From Heteronotia binoei (lineage: Eukaryota): a stretch of 64,000 bases of DNA. Positions 58,330 through 64,000 of the stretch are shown piece by piece. The first letter of the stretch is position 1, and each line of letters begins with the position of its first letter. The notes under the pieces were generated by a model that was not told where the DNA came from, did not search any database, and was given only the letters and a program-made list of their open reading frames with translations. The stretch covers positions 54,622,001 through 54,686,000 of the forward strand of contig NC_083232.1 of assembly GCF_032191835.1 (NCBI RefSeq), written 5' to 3'. Both the position numbers and the translations under genes were made by a program.

Positions 58330-58489
58330 GCATACCTCTTTGAATGATTGCTTTGGGGAAGACCTTTCAGAAGCTGTAAAAGCAGTAACAGAAGAATGTC
58401 TTGCTGCTCCTCCCTCTTTGGAAAAGCTGGAGAAGATTTGGGCTGAATATAACATTGCTCAAGAGGAAATAAGCTCATGCAAATACATG
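58330..58489 (+). CDS. STK31: STK31 coding exon
   Basis: 160 nt, HTSLNDCFGEDLSEAVKAVTEECLAAPPSLEKLEKIWAEYNIAQEEISSCKYM. Confidence 0.93.
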
Positions 58490-58666
58490 GTGTGTGATGG
58501 TTTGCATTTTTTCATGATATTCATGTCTTAGGATGGTCTACTTTTTGCCTCAGGTTGAAAAAAATCTATCTTGAATTTTTCAAAAATTTAATGTTCAGTA
58601 ATGTGTTATTAAATTATGTTGTATCTGTAACAATGTGAGGTGCTATATTTCCAAAAGGATAAGATA

Positions 58667-58877
58667 GGGGAGGGACGGTGGCTCAGTGGTAGAGAATCTG
58701 CTTAGGAAGCAGAAGGTCCCAGGTTCAATCCCCGGCATCTCCAAAAAAAGGGTCCAGGCAAATAGGTGTGAAAAACCTCAGCTTGAGACCCTGGAGAGCC
58801 GCTGCCAGTCTGAGAAGACAATACTGACTTTGATGGACCAAGGGTCTGATTCAGTATAAGGCAGCTTCATATGTTCA
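58667..58877 (+). mobile_element. Full-length tRNA-headed SINE with CR1-related tail
   Basis: A box TGGCTCAGTGG and B box GGTTCAATCCC; 3' end GATGGACCAAGGGTCTGATTCAGTATAAGGCAGCTTCATATGTTCA resembles a CR1 tail. Confidence 0.85.
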
Positions 58878-59602
58878 TTGTGAGAACTTATTTCATTTTC
58901 CCCTCAGCCTAACTGGTGCTCAGTGGGGGCTCCTGATTACGGAACTGAAGAGAGATCTGCTTTGTGAAAACAGGTAGAGGCTAAGGGTATGGGGTGCATG
59001 CACTTTCTTTGTCTATGACATCCCAAACTAAGGATGTGGATGAGAAGGATGCAGAGGTTTGTGTTTGTAGAAAAAGTTAGGAAAGCGAGGGGATGGGGCT
59101 AATTTTTTTTTTAAAGAATGTCTGAAATAAACTACACATTTCTCAAAGGGAAACTTTTACTTGCAACCTCCAAGAACTTAAAATACTGCAGTAAGAATTC
59201 AAAAGGAATGCCTTAACTCAGGGGTCTCCAGCCTTTTTGAGTCTGTGGACATCTTAGGAATCTGTTGCAGGACACCAAGCCAGCCATGGAATGTTAGGGA
59301 GTAAGCATAACTCTTATAGTAACTTCAGCATTTCAAAATTAACATATTATTTAAACATTTTCTTGCATAAACACATAGCATATCTTCAGTCATGAACTGA
59401 AAATCCTTTTGTTGTGGTGGCAGCTGCTGTCAAAGCACTTGGAAAAAATCTGCACAGCCATTCAACAGAAACCCTGCCTGGCCTCACCCACTTTCTAAAG
59501 CACTTGTGTGCCAGGAGAGGGATCTTCATGATGCCATGAATGCCATATTGAAGATACTTGCCTTAGCTTCTTACAAGTGATGCAAGCTGTACACATGACA
59601 AT

Positions 59603-60233
59603 TAGGGGTGTCAAACTCATTTGTTATGAGGGCCGGATCTGACCTCAATGAGACCTTGTTGGGCCAGGCCATGCATATCATAAAATGCAATGCCAGGTAG
59701 CAGAGATATAAACTTAATAAAGAATTCAGACAAATGTAATTTTTTAAAAAAGAAAATATGCTTAAAAGATTAGCATTTTTGCAATAGTTTGTTATTTAAC
59801 AGTTTCTGATAACTGACACCTCTTGCTCTGAATTCATCAAGATCTGGAGACAATGTCTGTGCTGTAGCAATCTTGAGTATGCTGTTCACATGTTGTTCAG
59901 GTGTGTGTAAGTTGCAAACCTACTTTTGATTTATTGACAATTACAGAAATCTCATGGTTAGTGCTTTGAGCCTAAGACCCAGGGGAAAATATGAAATGGC
60001 TGGGCATTGCGAGTTTTTGTACATAAGTTGCTTCATGTGCTGGTTAGCCAATGGACAAAATAAAGGCTTTGCTCTGTAGCTCCTGTGTGATTCAGCAAGC
60101 CTGGCAAAGCAAGCTGTGGTGCAGAAGGAAGTGAGAGAGAGAAGGAAGCAGATGACAGTGAGGTGCTTGCGGGCCTGATAGGAGCCCTCCCAGGGCCTGA
60201 TCCGGCCCTTAGGCCGCACATTTGACATCCCTG
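59603..60233. mobile_element. Non-autonomous hAT element, second copy of the 37838-38451 family
   Basis: TAGGGGTGTCAAA / TTTGACATCCCTG ends; colinear internal sequence. A short end fragment of the family also lies at about 22950-23005. Confidence 0.82.
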
Positions 60234-61606
60234 ATCTAACCTGAATCAGCTTCCTTCTGGCATGATGTTATGTTTTAAGGCTACAGCTATTTTATGTTTT
60301 AAGTTGCAGTGGCACCAGTAACCTGATCTCTTGGATTTATGGCAATAGGATGCCTACAGACATATGTCCAAATCTGGGCACTCTACATTTTTTCTCTTGC
60401 AATACCCTTTACAGATATTAATTAAACACAGATTCTGTTTTAATCTTCCCAAGCTTCAGGCGGTATTACCTTTTATTTTATTTTACTTCTCCATTTTTGT
60501 TTTCACTTTCTTTTTTACCAAGCATGGTCAGTCTTTAAAATACTGGAAAATTGTTTGGCTGCACTGTGCACAGCCAGCTTCTGTATAGAACTGGTTCATC
60601 CTGAATTTGAATTAGTCGTCTAAACAAAGAGCAGTGAGTGTGCTTACATAGCAGACATGCCTTTCAAATTATATGAATTGTCACAAATCTAGATTGCTTG
60701 CTCTCTTTCCTGCACAAGTGTAGGGTGTTGAGAGATCCAAATTTACTCTAAAAATAAAACTATAAAAATATACTTAATTTTTTATTTGACCCGTGGAGTA
60801 GTCGTAAAAAAATTAGTTCTAATTAAGGATTAATTAATATGTTTCATTTCCCATCAGTTGGGAACAAACCTTGTGCTTATTTGAGTTGCTTCATAGTTAG
60901 CAAAACCCACAGTTTACATCTGAATAAGTGAACCCTGGTTCAGCTGGAACTGGAAACCAGTTTCGGGCCTGAGCTTTGCCATGTTCTTCTGTTGTCTGAT
61001 GCAGAGGCATTTGGAGGAGCAGCAGAGCATCCACATGGTACTTTTCCCTTCACTTGCCGCAGCTGCTCCCTCCACATGCCAACAGAGGGCTTTTAAAAAA
61101 ATTGGTGACTGATGTATTATTATAGCATTAAGCTATAGTGATATGTCAATTACTAATTTTCCCCCAAAGCCCTCTAGTGGCCTGGGAGGGGGAATTGGTG
61201 GGTCAAAGCAAATGGCATTAATATTGGCAGGACCTGCTGTTTCTTATTCATACACTGTACAAAGGCATTTTGAGTCTATACTTTCACAAAAGATCATACC
61301 AAACTAGTTTTGGGGAAGATTGCAGCAAAGCAGCAGAGAACACAAAGTGACCAATTAGTGGATGATGTTATGTTGACACCCCCCCCCCCCCCCAGGCCTA
61401 TGTTCTTGTTTAGATAAGAAACTGGAGCAAAACCTCTGTGTGGAAGCAGTGCTGGTTTGGACAGCAAGTAGAGGCCATAGTCTGTCTCAGTGTTACATGG
61501 GGTTGTGCTCAGTAGGAAGTAACCTAAGGTCTGTCATATGTGAACATGTTGCATGGAGGAAAAGTTTCAGAAGAACCTACACAGACTTTCTTTTCTTTCT
61601 GTACAG

Positions 61607-61729
61607 GATGAAGTTCAAAACTTGATTCCTACAAGGAATGAAATGCAGCAGAAATTATACTGTGCGGTAGATGAATTCATTATGGAAGTGGATAAGTTGC
61701 CCATTTCTGAGCGTCTAGCAACTTTGCAG
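61607..61729 (+). CDS. STK31: STK31 coding exon (last one in the window; the gene continues)
   Basis: 123 nt, DEVQNLIPTRNEMQQKLYCAVDEFIMEVDKLPISERLATLQ. Cumulative CDS from 46129 is 1341 nt with no stop. Confidence 0.93.
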
Positions 61730-63273
61730 GTTGGGAACAGAAACACTTACACCGTTATCCTTTTGGTTGTATAAGTCACACATATGTCAAAACACATAAT
61801 CACAAAGGACATACTTGTCATGCTGATTTGTCACTTCTAACAGGAAGTGTTGATGTCACATTCTGCCATATTTAATGGGTGCGTCTGGTGGTTCCCTGAA
61901 AAGTGGCAGGAGAATGTTGTGCGGCCCTGAGCCGCCTCGGTGGGGAGGGCGGGATATAAATCGAATAAAATGAAAATGAAATGAAATTTCCAGTCAAGAA
62001 GATTATATAAATACATAGGATAATGCATGTACATGGAAATGTTATACAGTATTATGATCATCTTTCTAAGCCCTCAGCAGAGTCAGAGCATTCATATAGA
62101 TATTTATGATGAATTGGGCAATTCCACAGTGTGTCTATAGTACAACAAAATTGTAGTGGTGTTTATTGCTGTTACTTAAATCCAGAGACAAGAGCAAAGA
62201 ACAGACTTGGCAAGTCATTCTACAAATGTGAAAGAAGTCTCAGGTTTGCAGAAAAATCTGACATCAAAGAATACATTGGGGAATTAAAAAAACCCCCAAA
62301 TAGTAGAAGCAGCATCTGTAGCTTTAAGAAATGAATGCCCACAGTGACCATTGTTGGATAAACATAATAATACTGCTGGGCATCAAGCTTTACTGACAGA
62401 AACGAAAAACCCGAGGAGGCAGGGCCCTTTCCATGGCTGTTCTGGCCTTTGAGGGAAGATTCATCAGGGCCAGACCTGTCAGAAATCACTGGGCAACTTA
62501 CTACTACTTGACTTGCATGACTTACCCAAGGCAGGTTGCTTGCTACTCTTCAGTAGCAGTCACCCCACAAAAGCCAGTGTGGGGTCATTAGAATTTTAGC
62601 CTAGAATCAGAAAAACCCAAGTTCAAATTACCACTCTGCCATGGAAGCTTACTGGGTGACCTGGGCCATTTATATATTCTCATCCTAATCTTCTTCATAG
62701 GGTTGTTGTGAGGACAAAATAAAGCAGAGGAGATTGATGCAAGCTGCTTTGGATTCTCACTGTGGTGAAAGATGGGGTATAAATGAAATATAGTTGAAGA
62801 TGGGGGCTACAGAAAATGTGGGTGGGTGGGAAGGATAGAAGGAAGCAGGGAAAAGTAAGCACTTGGGGGTTTTGAGGAGGAGGGAAGCAGGAAATAGTGT
62901 GGGCAATTGGATGTAGAAGAAAAAGAAGTGCTATCTGCAGGTCCCTACGGGTTCACCAGTATGCAACTGTGTGTGGTTTGGTGGCTGGCACTGTGCAATC
63001 GGCATATTTTTCCTGAATAGAAGAGTGCTGAAAGAGGGAAAGAAAGAGGGTGAAGTGGGGGTGGGGGCGCAGCAGATAAAAGTAGGTTGGCTGGTGAGTG
63101 GGAAGGAGAGAAGGAAGCAGGAAAAGGGGACAGGCCATGGGGGCTTTCAGGAAAGGGAAAGAGGAAATACCAAGGGAGGGGGAATGAAATGCCCTGCACA
63201 AGTCCCTATGATCCCCTGCTTGCCTTTCCCAATGCAATGTAATTCTGGTGGGATAGCTGTGTTCGTCTGTTGT

Positions 63274-63659
63274 ACAAGAACAGTGGAAGCACAATATATG
63301 AAATACAAAAATACAAGATATTGTGCACAAACAAACACTCTTAACTGGTGTATATAAAGTTCTATTATAATGAAATGAACAGCCCACAACAGTGGGCATA
63401 CATTCTACCACAAATTATGCAGTCGAGTTTCCCGCATTTGGGGGAAACTTCGCAGGAGGTTTTCCCAGGGTGAGGCTCATCCATTGCACTCCGGGTGTGC
63501 TGACCCCTGCGATTTCCCCAAATGCGGGAAACTCGACTGCATAATTTGTGGTAGAATGTATGCCCACTGTTGTGGGCTGTTCATTTCATTATAATAGAAC
63601 TTTATATACACCAGTTAAGAGTGTTTGTTTGTGCACAATATCTTGTATTTTTGTATTTT
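63274..63659. mobile_element. 386-bp fold-back insertion of a U1-headed chimeric sequence with a 16-bp TSD
   Basis: TGTGTTCGTCTGTTGT at 63258-63273 and 63660-63675. Arms 63301-63443 and 63516-63658 are perfect reverse complements (143 bp) with a 72-bp spacer. Confidence 0.9.
63451..63554 (+). pseudogene. RNU1: U1 snRNA fragment (about nt 33/40-136), lacking the 5' end and stem-loop 4
   Basis: GGTTTTCCCAGGGTGAGGCTCATCCATTGCACTCCGGGTGTGCTGACCCCTGCGATTTCCCCAAATGCGGGAAACTCGACTGCATAATTTGTGGTAG matches vertebrate U1 SL2, SL3 and the Sm site. A shorter inverted copy lies at 63405-63456. Confidence 0.95.
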
Positions 63660-63675
63660 TGTGTTCGTCTGTTGT

Positions 63676-63790
63676 GGCATTACAAAATAGAAGTCCAGTA
63701 GACCATAATGCGATTATATCTGAAGAAGTGATCTCTGCCTTATGAAAGCTTATACTGGAATAAATGCTGTTAGTCTTTAAGATGCCACTG
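63676..63790 (+). mobile_element. Penelope-like terminal remnant with a degenerate hammerhead-ribozyme core
   Basis: CTGAAGA (63720-63726) ... GAAA (63744-63747) GCTTATAC...TGTTAGTCTTTAAGATGCCACTGGA. Its left part GGGATAGCTGTGTTCGTCTG continues across the U1 insertion. Stem II is decayed. Confidence 0.55.
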
Positions 63791-64000
63791 GATATATTTT
63801 CTAATGCCATATAGCCAGTGTTGTGTTGGCTGGTGCCCACAAGATGGCAGCCATGAAGCAGTTTGACTTAACATTTTACTGTCACAGAATGAGCAGGTTT
63901 CTTACTAGTTCCAAAAGAGCACTACTTACCTGCAGTTGCTCATGTTTTTGGGCTGCCTGTAGGCTTCCTACACGTTTAGCAAAAACAAGTTGATGCTCAT

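Noticed and set aside
58667-58745. Possible tRNA gene (intact A and B boxes)
   Set aside because: No convincing acceptor stem, and the sequence continues into a SINE body with a CR1-like tail.
62953-63745. Two ORFs starting MVECMPTVVGCSFHYNRTLY on opposite strands
   Set aside because: A by-product of the 143-bp inverted repeat; the starts are GTG codons inside the U1 Sm-site region, not a duplicated gene.
1-64000. CRISPR arrays, prokaryotic operons or defence systems
   Set aside because: The sequence is intron-rich vertebrate DNA and no regularly spaced repeat-spacer array is present.

Overview
Vertebrate genomic DNA from a squamate reptile, probably a gecko (inferred from the repeat families only). 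It covers the conserved amniote block TRA2A(-), CCDC126(+), FAM221A(+), STK31(+). I traced exons by GT-AG boundaries and phase. TRA2A: coding exons 1-3 (13773-13808, 7467-7600, 6564-6723); the rest lies left of the window. CCDC126: complete, 2 coding exons, 137 aa. FAM221A: complete, 7 exons, 296 aa. STK31: 10 consecutive in-phase coding exons giving 447 codons (Tudor and coiled-coil part); the kinase-like part lies beyond the window. TRA2A intron 3 holds a full-length 5.3-kb DIRS1-type tyrosine-recombinase retrotransposon (700-6005) with both ITRs and the internal complementary region. Its RT and recombinase catalytic residues are mutated. Two N-runs cover the expected site of the TRA2A poison exon. 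The most unusual object is at 63258-63675 in an STK31 intron. It is a 386-bp insertion bounded by a perfect 16-bp direct repeat. It consists of a U1 snRNA fragment fused to an unknown tail, present twice as a perfect 143-bp inverted repeat, and it sits in a Penelope-like terminus. The rest is a typical squamate repeat landscape (CR1, L2, RTE, tRNA- and 5S-headed SINEs, hAT MITEs). No CRISPR array, rRNA gene or intact tRNA gene is present. Family and orthology calls rest on recalled sequences and motifs, not database searches.
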